Of a stretch of 64,000 nucleotides of DNA, positions 9,236 through 18,137 are shown piece after piece; the stretch's first letter is position 1; each line of letters starts with the position of its first letter. Location of the stretch: NCBI GenBank assembly GCA_000998135.1, contig LCCV01000010.1, positions 9,073 to 73,072 of the forward strand, in the 5' to 3' direction. The position numbers and the translations under genes are program-made. The notes under the pieces are model-generated. The model saw nothing but the letters and a program-made list of their open reading frames with translations. It was not told the DNA's origin and did no database searches. Source of the DNA: Parcubacteria group bacterium GW2011_GWA2_42_14 (GTDB lineage: Bacteria; Patescibacteriota; Minisyncoccia; Sungbacterales; GWA2-42-14).

Positions 9236-9328
9236 AAGGGAAAGTGTAGCGCATTTTTGAGGAAAATTAAATGGCCCCGCGGAGGTTTTTCCTCTTTGGG
9301 GCTTGGTGGTAAACTATATCAGAAATTA

Positions 9329-9685
9329 TTAGCGGAGTAAATCATTCATTCCCGCCTGTTGCAGGGCAAGACGGATACCTACGCTGACGCAGTATGGTTG
9401 GGATTCGTAATTTTTTAGGTCGTTCGGTAAATGTCCTCTGTGTTTGATGATTTTCAGTGTTCTTTTGAAGTAATCGTAAGTAAGGAAGCCAAACCCGGTC
9501 GCCATAAGGAGAAAACATGCAGCAAAGAATAATAGGATTATGACACCGATGAAGGTTTCGGTATATGCATGGAAAAGATCTAACCAAAAAGTGTTTATCG
9601 CCAAGACGACAATTAAGATTATTAAAGAAACATAGCCGAGAAGAGTGAAGCGATTTGCAATGACGCAACAAATATATTCTCGCAT
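9329..9685 (-). CDS. small integral membrane protein, hypothetical
   Basis: 118 aa with 2-3 hydrophobic segments. Confidence 0.45.
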   Translation of the reverse strand: MREYICCVIANRFTLLGYVSLIILIVVLAINTFWLDLFHAYTETFIGVIILLFFAACFLLMATGFGFLTYDYFKRTLKIIKHRGHLPNDLKNYESQPYCVSVGIRLALQQAGMNDLLR

Positions 9686-9810
9686 TTTACCCCCTCTCTT
9701 GGTTCGAGGAATCTCGATGCCATGGGATTTGTTTCTATTTTAGCACACTATTTTATACTTGTCAATAGTTACAAAAAGGGCTTTTTTCTTTACTATAACC
9801 TTAGAAGCAA

Positions 9811-9893
9811 TGGCAAACGCAAACGAGTACGCAACGTTTAACGCAATTGCGTTTAATTTTGCGTTGTATCTTGCGTTTAATTTTTGCTTCTAA
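9811..9893. repeat. hairpin element TTAGAAGCAA...AACGCAATTGCGTT...TTGCTTCTAA, copy 1
   Basis: 10-bp terminal inverted repeat with internal palindromes; related copy at 30390-30480. Confidence 0.55.
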
Positions 9894-9897
9894 TTCC

Positions 9898-11208
9898 ATG
9901 AATGAAAGATTTATAATTCAAGGCGGCAAACCTCTTCAGGGCACTATTGAAGTTAAGGGCGCTAAAAACTCTATCGGCAATTTGCTTATGGCGACTTTGT
10001 TGACCGATGAACCGTGTGTTTTGCAAAATGTTCCGGATAATAAAGAAACGGAAATTGTTTCGGGGATTTGCGCTGATATCGGCAGTAAGATTGAACGCGA
10101 TGGCGATACTCTTAAAATCCATACCTCGGAAATAAAGAATTCGCGGGTAAAAGAATTTTCAAGAAAAAATCGCATTCCGATTTTGGCTTTGGGTCCGCTT
10201 TTAATACGCGTTCAAGAAGCCGAAGTGCCGCTTTTGGGAGGAGATAAAATCGGCCCGCGGCCGGTTGATTTTCATATCGGAGCTTTGGAAAAATTAGGGG
10301 CGGAAATTGGGATAACTGATAATGCCTATATCGCGCGCGCCCAAAACGGGCTTCGCGGCGCAAATATTATTTTGCCTTATCCGAGTGTGGGTGCCACACA
10401 GAATATAATTCTTTCATCGGTTATGGCCGAGGGCAAAACTATTATATCTAATGCCGCAGTAGAGCCGGAAATTGTTGATTTGGTTCGTATGCTTCAGGAT
10501 ATGGGCTCCCTTATTGCCATTTTCCCGAACCGTACCATAAATATAGAAGGAGTTAAAAAACTTCGTGGCGTTACTCATCGTTTGATTCCGGACCGGCTGG
10601 AAACCGCTTCTTTCGGAATTTTGGCGGTTGCCACCAACGGAAATATTTTAGCAAAGAACGCATTGCAGGGACAGCTCGCGTCTTTCCTTAACGCGCTTCG
10701 CAGGGCAGGAGGAGATTATTCAATTGAGGAAAACGGCATTCGTTTTTTCAGGCACAATAACAGCGGCTGTTTTTTGAATCCGCTTAATATTGAAACCGAT
10801 ACTTATCCGGGATTTGTAACTGACTGGCAGCAGCCATTCGCGGTTCTTTTGACGCAGGCCGACGGCGAGTCAATCATTCATGAAACAGTTTATGAAGACC
10901 GTTTTAATTATGTTGAGGACCTGAACCGCATGGGAGCGAAAATGCGGGTGGAAACGCGTTGTTCGGGCGAGCTTCCTTGCAGATTTCAGGGAAAGTCGTA
11001 TAATCATACTTGTGTTATAAAGGGTTCTACGAAACTTAGTTCTGCCAAAGTTGAGATGCGCGATATTCGTTCCGGCATGGCTCACGTTGTTGCCGCGCTT
11101 CTCTCTGAAGGAGAGTCGGAGATTTCGGGAGTGGAGCATATTGATAGAGGGTATGAGAAGATTGATGAGAGATTAAGAAGTGTTGGTGCAGACATTCGGC
11201 GCGTATAA
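9898..11208 (+). CDS. murA: UDP-N-acetylglucosamine 1-carboxyvinyltransferase
   Basis: EPSP-synthase-like fold, MurA N-terminus (FIIQGGKPLQGTIEVKGAKNS) including the KN active-site region; start ATG 9898. Confidence 0.93.
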   Translation: MNERFIIQGGKPLQGTIEVKGAKNSIGNLLMATLLTDEPCVLQNVPDNKETEIVSGICADIGSKIERDGDTLKIHTSEIKNSRVKEFSRKNRIPILALGPLLIRVQEAEVPLLGGDKIGPRPVDFHIGALEKLGAEIGITDNAYIARAQNGLRGANIILPYPSVGATQNIILSSVMAEGKTIISNAAVEPEIVDLVRMLQDMGSLIAIFPNRTINIEGVKKLRGVTHRLIPDRLETASFGILAVATNGNILAKNALQGQLASFLNALRRAGGDYSIEENGIRFFRHNNSGCFLNPLNIETDTYPGFVTDWQQPFAVLLTQADGESIIHETVYEDRFNYVEDLNRMGAKMRVETRCSGELPCRFQGKSYNHTCVIKGSTKLSSAKVEMRDIRSGMAHVVAALLSEGESEISGVEHIDRGYEKIDERLRSVGADIRRV

Positions 11209-11237
11209 GCGGTTAGCGCTTAGCGGTTAGCGTTTAG

Positions 11238-11272
11238 TATCCTAAACCCTAAACCCTAAACCCTAAACCCTA
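11238..11272. repeat. tandem heptamer (CCCTAAA)x5, preceded by GCGGTTAGCG(C/T)TTAG x2
   Basis: Direct reading of sequence. Confidence 0.9.
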
Positions 11273-11277
11273 AAATA

Positions 11278-12285
11278 TTGTTTATCAAAAAAATTGGAAT
11301 TGATTTAGGCACAGCCAACACTCTTGTATTTATCCCTGGAAAGGGCGTGGTTATTAATGAGCCGTCGGTGGTTGCCGTGTCCACGGATGACAATAAAGTT
11401 CTTGCGGTTGGAAATCAGGCCAGGGATATGATTGGTAAAACCCCGGAAACTATCGTGGCCTACAGGCCGTTGAAAGACGGCGTTATTGCCGATTACCGGG
11501 TAACAGAAGCAATGCTTCGCTATTTTATTGACAGCGCTGCCGGGCGTTTTCGTTTGTTTAAGCCGGAAGTAATGGTTAGTGTTCCCGCGGGAGTTACCTC
11601 AACCGAAAGAAGGGCGGTTATTGAAGCCACTATGAATGCCGGGGCCAAAGCCGCCTATGTTGTAAAAGAGCCGGTTTTGGCGGCTATAGGCGCGGGTATT
11701 CCGATTAATGAGCCGGCAGGACACATGGTTGTGGATATCGGCGGAGGCACAACTGACGTGGCCGTGATTTCTCTTGGGGGAATTGTGGCTTCAACTTCGG
11801 TAAAAGTTGCCGGAAATAAGTTTGACCAGGCCATAGCCGAATATATCAAGAAAAATTATAATCTTGCCATCGGCGACAGAACCGCGGAAGATATAAAAAT
11901 AAAAATCGGTTCGGCCGTTCCTATACAGGATGAATTGTCAATACAAATTAAAGGACGGGATTTGATGACCGGTTTACCAAGAAATATTGAAATATTTACC
12001 CAAGAGGTTACCGAGGCCATTTCTTATGAATTGGACGAAGTAATTCGCGCTATTAAAAAAGTTTTGCAGGATACTCCACCCGAACTTGCGGCCGATATTA
12101 TGGAAAGGGGAATTGTGATGACCGGCGGTTCGTCTTTACTGCGAAATATAGGGGAGCTGGTTTTTCAGGAAACCGGGGTTGAGGCCCATATTGCCGAAGA
12201 CGCGCTTTTGTGCGTGGCCAAAGGAACCGGGATTGCGCTTGAGCACCTGGATGTTTATAAGAAAAGCATTAAGTCTAAAAGATAA
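11278..12285 (+). CDS. mreB: rod shape-determining protein MreB (stand-alone paralog)
   Basis: Actin-like ATPase motifs (IGIDLGTANT, VVDIGGGTTDVAV, MTGGSSLL). Confidence 0.9.
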   Translation: MFIKKIGIDLGTANTLVFIPGKGVVINEPSVVAVSTDDNKVLAVGNQARDMIGKTPETIVAYRPLKDGVIADYRVTEAMLRYFIDSAAGRFRLFKPEVMVSVPAGVTSTERRAVIEATMNAGAKAAYVVKEPVLAAIGAGIPINEPAGHMVVDIGGGTTDVAVISLGGIVASTSVKVAGNKFDQAIAEYIKKNYNLAIGDRTAEDIKIKIGSAVPIQDELSIQIKGRDLMTGLPRNIEIFTQEVTEAISYELDEVIRAIKKVLQDTPPELAADIMERGIVMTGGSSLLRNIGELVFQETGVEAHIAEDALLCVAKGTGIALEHLDVYKKSIKSKR

Positions 12286-12312
12286 GCTTGATTCGTTGGT
12301 GGTTGGTTAATA

Positions 12313-12350
12313 AAAAAGCGGGCGAGGGATTCGCGCCGCTTATTTTATTT
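12313..12350. terminator. bidirectional hairpin terminator, copy 1 (AAAAAAGCGGGCGAGGGATTCGCGCCGCTTATTTTATT)
   Basis: Stem-loop with T-run on both strands; identical 38-bp copy at 13042-13079. Confidence 0.6.
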
Positions 12351-12371
12351 TTCGTCCGCAAGAACAATTTT

Positions 12372-12647
12372 TTATTCGCCAAACCTCCAGCACGTCATGG
12401 CTTTGTGTTCTTCCATAAGACGGTCGTATTCTGCCTGGTTGTTTGCTTCCAGCGCGGCTTTAGCCGCTTTTTCCGTAGCAATTTCCATGTCCATAAAATC
12501 ATCATCCCCAATGGGTAGCTTTTTTTCTAAAGCTTCTTGGAAAGCAGCCACTAATTCCTCTTTTTTCTTAAGAAGTTCCTGAAAACGCGTTTCTTTTTCT
12601 GCCGGCGAGATTTTCGGTATTTGATTGTTTTCAATACCCTCGTTCAT
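12372..12647 (-). CDS. small hypothetical protein (91 aa); paralog of the 12686-12895 gene
   Basis: Shares LP[IY]GDDD and C-terminal W-R-[FY]-G-E motifs with the neighbouring gene. Confidence 0.45.
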   Translation of the reverse strand: MNEGIENNQIPKISPAEKETRFQELLKKKEELVAAFQEALEKKLPIGDDDFMDMEIATEKAAKAALEANNQAEYDRLMEEHKAMTCWRFGE

Positions 12648-12685
12648 ATTTTTAGCATTTTATTGACCTTTTAAAATATTCAGAT

Positions 12686-12895
12686 TTAAAAATCTTCCCC
12701 ATATCTCCATGTGAGTATTCGCGCTTTTTCATGCGGAGCCGCCCGTTCTGCGGTCAAGGTGTCGTCGTCTCCGTATGGCAAGCTTTCCTGTAAAGCATAA
12801 TTAATTGCCTCCCAGCCCTTGCCCCGTCTCAAAAGGTCTGCCCTGATACCTTCTTTTTGTTCCGGTGAGTTAATACTTTCAAAACCAAAACCCAT
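12686..12895 (-). CDS. small hypothetical protein (69 aa); paralog of the 12372-12647 gene
   Basis: Same motifs as above. Confidence 0.45.
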   Translation of the reverse strand: MGFGFESINSPEQKEGIRADLLRRGKGWEAINYALQESLPYGDDDTLTAERAAPHEKARILTWRYGEDF

Positions 12896-12984
12896 ATTTT
12901 TTGACTTGCTATGATTTATAACTATAGTATATGCTTTTAAACGCGCATGTCAAGCTTCTGGGTATTTACGTAAATTTGGTAAGT

Positions 12985-13002
12985 AATATGCTTAAGCATA
13001 TT
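12985..13002. promoter_or_regulatory. perfect 18-bp palindrome AATATGCTTAAGCATATT, candidate operator upstream of the small-gene pair
   Basis: Palindrome extends imperfectly to ~28 bp (gtaagtaatatgcttaagcatattttacttgc); ~90 bp upstream of the 12895 start. Confidence 0.45.
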
Positions 13003-13041
13003 TTACTTGCTAATTTTAGGATTAAAAAATAGGCTTAAAAA

Positions 13042-13079
13042 AGCGGGCGAGGGATTCGCGCCGCTTATTTTATTGCCGG
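13042..13079. terminator. bidirectional hairpin terminator, copy 2 (identical to 12313-12350)
   Basis: Immediately after the stop codon of the 13065-13820 gene on the minus strand. Confidence 0.6.
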
Positions 13080-13820
13080 CTTCATTATTTTGGTTTGTTT
13101 TTCTGGACTCTCCGGCCAGCCGGAAATGACCTCCCCAACCATTTCAATGGCGCGATTGAGCGGGACTTCAGGTCCGGGTCCCAGTCCGAATTTGCGCGGA
13201 TTTCCTTCTTCTCCAGAGAACCAAATTGCTTGTGACTTTTTCCCTCTGCCGCGTTCAAAAATCACGCTGATGCGGCCGCAAAAATTACTTGTTTTTAGAT
13301 TGGTTTTCCTAAACCGTCCTACGCGCAGCGAGTGTTTATTAATCAGGTTATATAATCCCTTTTGCCAGACGGCGCTATTAAAACGGTCTGCTAACTGCCA
13401 TAATACATTATATTGAGCATCCCAATATGATTTGAGATGTTCTTCAAGATTGGAAAATCCGGTTGCCTGTACCAGTAGTTTTGTAAAACTAAGAATCGTT
13501 TTGTGGCGCGTTATTTCTTCCGCACCAGATGAAAGAAGTGCCGTTATGGATGAAAGTCTGTAGTCGGTAAAAGGACCGAGCTGTTGCTCGTGCTGCGGCA
13601 GGCGGGCGTCGTCTTCAATTCTTTTTGCAATGACCGGGGCGAGATAATCCAGCGCGTTATCGTGGGGACGGGTTGGAAGATCGGATGAAGCAAGAAAATC
13701 AGCGAGTACTTGTGCCTGAAAACTTGCATAAAAAAGATGAGGTTTTTTCTCATTATTTTTCGCAAACTCTTTGAGCCGTTTAAGCAAATCATCTTTATTC
13801 ATGAAGTTTTCAAAGGGCAT
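13065..13820 (-). CDS. hypothetical protein (251 aa), no recognised domain
   Basis: Clean ORF with its own terminator; divergent from the TA pair. Confidence 0.5.
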   Translation of the reverse strand: MPFENFMNKDDLLKRLKEFAKNNEKKPHLFYASFQAQVLADFLASSDLPTRPHDNALDYLAPVIAKRIEDDARLPQHEQQLGPFTDYRLSSITALLSSGAEEITRHKTILSFTKLLVQATGFSNLEEHLKSYWDAQYNVLWQLADRFNSAVWQKGLYNLINKHSLRVGRFRKTNLKTSNFCGRISVIFERGRGKKSQAIWFSGEEGNPRKFGLGPGPEVPLNRAIEMVGEVISGWPESPEKQTKIMKPAIK

Positions 13821-13942
13821 TGCGCGTCCCCCTTATTAAGGTATTGCGCTGTCTATTAGTAACAAACCTATTTTAAATAGTCAACGGCAATATGTATAAA
13901 CTAGGGGCTTGAATTTTTTATTCAATATGCTAATATTTAACC

Positions 13943-14140
13943 ATGACCACCATTACTATTCCTAAAAAATTAATAAATGGCGACAATTTCATATTGGTAG
14001 AAAAGGAAGATTTTGAAAGGTTAAATAAGGAAAATACTGAGTTGCGTTTGGCGGTTAAGGCTATATTAGCCGGGGAAATTGCCCTTAGAAATGGCAAAAC
14101 CAGGTCTTTTAAGCAATTCCTGAAATCTCGTCATGGCTAA
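13943..14140 (+). CDS. putative type II antitoxin (AbrB/MazE-like N-terminus 'TITIPKKL')
   Basis: 65 aa; stop overlaps the downstream toxin start (ATGGCTAA). Confidence 0.55.
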   Translation: MTTITIPKKLINGDNFILVEKEDFERLNKENTELRLAVKAILAGEIALRNGKTRSFKQFLKSRHG

Positions 14141-14402
14141 AATAAATCTTTCGCACACCTCTCCATATTTTGAAAGACAGTTTGATAAATTACCTGGTCA
14201 TCTTAAAAAAATAGCTACTCGAAAAATACTCCTATTTGAAAATAATCCATTTCACCCAAGCCTTAATACACACAAACTTAAAGGCGCCCTATCTTTATAC
14301 TGGGCGTTTTATATTACAAAAGCATATCGTGTTATGCTCCGTTTTCTTGATAATAACGAGGTTATTTATTACGATATTGATACGCACGATATTTATGAAT
14401 AA
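14133..14402 (+). CDS. type II toxin, RelE/ParE (YoeB/Txe-like) family
   Basis: 89 aa; KLKGALSLYWAFYITKAYRVMLRF...VIYYDIDTHDIY matches the RelE/ParE-fold conserved core. Confidence 0.75.
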   Translation: MAKINLSHTSPYFERQFDKLPGHLKKIATRKILLFENNPFHPSLNTHKLKGALSLYWAFYITKAYRVMLRFLDNNEVIYYDIDTHDIYE

Positions 14403-14414
14403 TATTTGAGTAGT

Positions 14415-15314
14415 ATGCTAAAGATTATAGGTCATAAACGTCAAGTTGAATACTTGAAAAAAGTGCGTGAGCGCGGAACTTTTGCCCACGCGTATTTATT
14501 TTTTGGGCCGGAGAACGTCGGGAAATTGCATATAGCCCATGAGTGGGCAAAATTGTTTTTTGAATCGGCGGATTGGCGCGCGATAGATGAAAACCGCCAT
14601 CCGGATTTTATCTATCTTTCCAGGGAAAAATTGTTGGTATCCGACAATCAAAAAGAAATAGGTGTTGATGATATTTTGGAACTAAGACATCTGGCGTCTT
14701 TGAGTTCTAATTCGGGCGGCCATAAATTTATGGTAATTGACGGAGCGGATGATATGTCGGATACAGCCCAAAACAGTCTTTTAAAAATACTTGAAGAGCC
14801 GCCGCCAAAAACCGTATTTATTTTAATTACCGATTCTTTAGAGGGACTTCTTCCGACAATTGTTTCGCGAACAGTGCCGATGGAATTTTCTTTTGTCGCG
14901 GATGATGACCTGATTCCATTGCTTGATGAATCGGATGTCGGCGCGCCAAAAAAAGAAAAAATTTTGACTATTTCTTCCGGCAGGCCGGGAATTGCCATTC
15001 GTGCCGTATCCGACAAAGATTATTTGGAAAACGAATGGCTGTTTTATGAATCTTTTAAAAAAGTTTTTGATTCCGACGCGCTAAGCCAGTTTTTATATTC
15101 GCAAAAGATTTGTCAGGAACCGGAAACTGTTGAAAAATTTCTCTTTTTTTTATTGTCCGAATTAAGGAAGAAACTCGTTTTTAACGAAAATTATGGTTGG
15201 GAAGCGGTTGGGTCATGCAAGGAGGTTTTTAATAGTAGCGATTTATTAAGAAAAACTAATGTAAATAAAAGGATGTTATTGGATAATATATTTTTAGAGA
15301 CATGCGATAAGTGA
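14415..15314 (+). CDS. holB: DNA polymerase III delta-prime subunit
   Basis: AAA+ clamp-loader motifs (AHAYLFFGPENVGK, FMVIDGADDMS, SRT sensor). Confidence 0.8.
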   Translation: MLKIIGHKRQVEYLKKVRERGTFAHAYLFFGPENVGKLHIAHEWAKLFFESADWRAIDENRHPDFIYLSREKLLVSDNQKEIGVDDILELRHLASLSSNSGGHKFMVIDGADDMSDTAQNSLLKILEEPPPKTVFILITDSLEGLLPTIVSRTVPMEFSFVADDDLIPLLDESDVGAPKKEKILTISSGRPGIAIRAVSDKDYLENEWLFYESFKKVFDSDALSQFLYSQKICQEPETVEKFLFFLLSELRKKLVFNENYGWEAVGSCKEVFNSSDLLRKTNVNKRMLLDNIFLETCDK

Positions 15315-15350
15315 CAAGAGACATGTTCCATGTTTCATGTCACATGTTAC
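15301..15350. repeat. CATG/GACAAGAGACA-type element upstream of the BNR gene
   Basis: gtgacaagagacatgttccatgtttcatgtcacatgtt. Confidence 0.45.
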
Positions 15351-15360
15351 TAAAAGGGTT

Positions 15361-16485
15361 ATGAAAGGATTATTTATAACAATAGGTATTATTATGACTC
15401 TGGGTCTTGTTTTGGTCGTTATTTTGCCGTTCATGCTGGGATATTCTTCTGAATCCAGGCCCTCATCCGGCAGTTCGGTAAAAACCAAGGATGATATAGG
15501 TTTTTTTAAATCTCAAGACGGAGGCGCTTCTTGGGAGAAAAAAAACGAATCGGAAGAAAGAATTCCCATTAATGCCTTTTCTATTTTGGATTTTGCATTT
15601 TACCCGGCCCTTGTGGACAAGAGCGGGGTTTATTTGAAAGACTCTAAAATAATTTTTGTCGGCACCAAGGGCGGGGGGCTTTGGAAAACCGAGGACGGCG
15701 CCAACTCTTGGAAGAAAGTTTCGGATAAAAATAAAATTCTTGAGGCAGATGCCTGGGTTCATAAAATCGCTATTTCCAAGTCCAATCCTGATGAAATGTA
15801 TCTGGCGGTTTTTCAAAAAAACAGAGGCCGGATTTTAAAAAGCAGCGACGGCGGAAATTCTTTTATAGAAGTTTATTTTACGCCTCTGGAAAAATTCGGA
15901 GTTTTTGATGTATTTGTTGATGAGGCGGGAACGGTTTTTATAGTTACCGGCCAGGGGGGATTTTTTGAAAGCCGGGACCATGGAAAAACCTGGAAAATAG
16001 TCCGTTGGTTTAAGGACGGTTTGATTGAATTGGCGGTTAATCCCAATAATTATTCCACAATGTATGTTTTAAGTCCTCCCGGAAATATTTTTAAAACCCC
16101 GGATAAGGGAAAATCATGGATAGATATTACTCCGGCCTTATCAGAATTTGACGGGGCAAAAATCAACCAGTACTTGTATATTGATCCGGCGTCGTCCAAT
16201 TTGTTTCTTGCTTCCAATTACGGTCTTTTGAAATCTTCTTCAGGTGGAGTTTCCTGGGACCATGTTCGGGTAATAATTCCTCCGGAAGCATTGCCGGCCT
16301 TGGCCGTTGCTACCGATCCGCGCAATGCCGGCATTATTTATGTTTCTGCTTCCAGCCAGCTTTATAAAAGCAGTGACGGAGGCACAAGCTGGTCGGTGGC
16401 GAATTCGCCTTCCGGCAAGAAATTAACCATGCTTAAGATTGACCCGAAAAATCCGGAGGTGATGTACGCGGTAGTATCAAAATAA
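15361..16485 (+). CDS. membrane-anchored BNR/Asp-box repeat protein (Ycf48/sortilin-like beta-propeller)
   Basis: N-terminal TM; at least six S-x-D-x-G-x-(S/T)-W Asp-box repeats (SQDGGASWEK, TEDGANSWKK, SSDGGNSF, SRDHGKTWK, SSGGVSWD, SSDGGTSWS). Confidence 0.7.
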   Translation: MKGLFITIGIIMTLGLVLVVILPFMLGYSSESRPSSGSSVKTKDDIGFFKSQDGGASWEKKNESEERIPINAFSILDFAFYPALVDKSGVYLKDSKIIFVGTKGGGLWKTEDGANSWKKVSDKNKILEADAWVHKIAISKSNPDEMYLAVFQKNRGRILKSSDGGNSFIEVYFTPLEKFGVFDVFVDEAGTVFIVTGQGGFFESRDHGKTWKIVRWFKDGLIELAVNPNNYSTMYVLSPPGNIFKTPDKGKSWIDITPALSEFDGAKINQYLYIDPASSNLFLASNYGLLKSSSGGVSWDHVRVIIPPEALPALAVATDPRNAGIIYVSASSQLYKSSDGGTSWSVANSPSGKKLTMLKIDPKNPEVMYAVVSK

Positions 16486-16545
16486 CCAACAACTCACAAC
16501 TCACAACAACGATATGTGCTGTAAGTTGTGAGTTATGGGTTGTGG
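16486..16545. repeat. CAACAAC / GTTGTGAGTTGTG hairpin element
   Basis: accaacaactcacaactcacaacaacg...gtaagttgtgagttatgggttgtgg; same family at 35845-36050 and 44365-44431. Confidence 0.5.
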
Positions 16546-16553
16546 CTTAAGCT

Positions 16554-17096
16554 ATGGAATCGCTGAAAGAAAAATTAAATAAAATTATAGAGCATTTTAA
16601 AAGTGAGATTGCCGTTTTAAGGACCGGGCGGGCAACACCCGCGCTGGTTGAGAATTTGCCGGTTGATTACTACGGAACAAAAACTCCCTTAAAGGCGCTG
16701 GCTTCTATTTCTACGCCTGACCCGCGTCAAATTTTGATTCAGCCGTGGGATAAAGGAGCGCTTCAGCCGATTGAAAAAGCGATTCAGGTTTCGCAATTGG
16801 GATTGAATCCGGCGGTTGACGGCGTTTATATCCGTCTTAATCTTCCGCAATTAACAGAGGAACGAAGAAAGGACTTGATTAAACTTTTGGGGCAAAAAGC
16901 AGAAGAAACGAAAATTTCCGTAAGAAAAACACGGGAGGAAGCATTAAGAGAAGTTGACGAACAAGAAAAGAAAAAAGAAATATCCGAAGACGAAAAATTC
17001 CGTAAAAAATCAGAGGCCCAGAAAACCGTAGATGAAATTAATAAAAAGATTGAAGAAATAGTGAATGGAAAAGAAAAAGAGATAATGAACGGATAA
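16554..17096 (+). CDS. frr: ribosome recycling factor
   Basis: RRF sequence (VLRTGRATPALVENLPVDYYG...IRLNLPQLTEERR). Confidence 0.95.
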   Translation: MESLKEKLNKIIEHFKSEIAVLRTGRATPALVENLPVDYYGTKTPLKALASISTPDPRQILIQPWDKGALQPIEKAIQVSQLGLNPAVDGVYIRLNLPQLTEERRKDLIKLLGQKAEETKISVRKTREEALREVDEQEKKKEISEDEKFRKKSEAQKTVDEINKKIEEIVNGKEKEIMNG

Positions 17097-17104
17097 AAAA
17101 TAAA

Positions 17105-18124
17105 ATGGAAAAAGAATCTTTTGAAAATACTCATGGAAAAAAGGAAATTCCACAGATTGAACTCAAAATCCGTGAGCCGGACGGCTCAAAAGGATTTATA
17201 ATTGCATTTCAGTGCCGAACCGAGGAAGAATGCGCCGCGTACAATTATGTGGTTTCGGCCATTATGAAAAGAGAAAAGTTGAATCCATTTCATCAACTTG
17301 GAGCTGAATTTGACGGGTCGAATAAGCCGGGACTTCATTGGTGGGAGGCATTGTTTAAGGGTGATGTTACTAGGGGGCAAATTGAGACCTTGCTTCCCGA
17401 GATGGAAGAACACATTAAAAAACATCTTGAAGGAAAAGGGGAATGGGGTTTGGGACTGTTAGGAAAAAAAATTACTGGCAAGGCAGAAAGTTTAGAAGAA
17501 GGGCGTGAACGCGCTTATGAGGGCAGTATTGGGCCAAGTATAGTTTTTGAACGCGGTATTGAGAGATATGAAAAGTTGTTGGGTTTGCCCACACAAGAAA
17601 TGAAAGGGCAATTGGTTTTAGATATTGGTTCTGGTCCGGAAGAAGTGTTTTCCAAAGAAGCAAAAAAGAAAGGATTTAAAGTTGTTTCTCTATCCCCCGA
17701 ACTTAAATATGAAGATATACGAAAAAGCACTAAAGGTAATTTCTTTGTTTTTTTGCGTAAGGGTTTTGGCAAGGGGAAATGGCAAAAGCGATCGGCGGGA
17801 GGAATTACTCAGGAACTTCCTTTTAAAAATGAAACATTTGACACCGAGGTTTCTTTATACGGAGGAATTCATTATCTGCCATATTTAAAATCAGAGTATA
17901 GAATGGCGTTTGGAGAAATCCTTAGAACTTTAAAACATGGGGGTAAGGCCTATTTATATCCTGTTAACATAAGAGATGAGCATAAGGAAGATTTTTTTAA
18001 GCTTATGCAAGAATTGTCGCCGCAAGCCGATTTTATAATTGATTTAGTGGAAAAGTCATTTAGTAGTACAAATATGTATAGAGTGGTTTTAATTAAAAAG
18101 ATAGCGGATAATAGGGGAAAATAG
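17105..18124 (+). CDS. class I SAM-dependent methyltransferase-like protein with ~150-aa N-terminal extension
   Basis: Motif I LVLDIGSGPEE; C-terminal half paralogous to the 38614-39300 gene. Confidence 0.55.
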   Translation: MEKESFENTHGKKEIPQIELKIREPDGSKGFIIAFQCRTEEECAAYNYVVSAIMKREKLNPFHQLGAEFDGSNKPGLHWWEALFKGDVTRGQIETLLPEMEEHIKKHLEGKGEWGLGLLGKKITGKAESLEEGRERAYEGSIGPSIVFERGIERYEKLLGLPTQEMKGQLVLDIGSGPEEVFSKEAKKKGFKVVSLSPELKYEDIRKSTKGNFFVFLRKGFGKGKWQKRSAGGITQELPFKNETFDTEVSLYGGIHYLPYLKSEYRMAFGEILRTLKHGGKAYLYPVNIRDEHKEDFFKLMQELSPQADFIIDLVEKSFSSTNMYRVVLIKKIADNRGK

Positions 18125-18137
18125 TTATTGGGATTAT

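Noticed and set aside
11238-11272. (CCCTAAA)x5 as a true telomere
   Set aside because: It lies internal to a contiguous bacterial gene array with genes on both sides, and five units are far too few. It is treated as an SSR.
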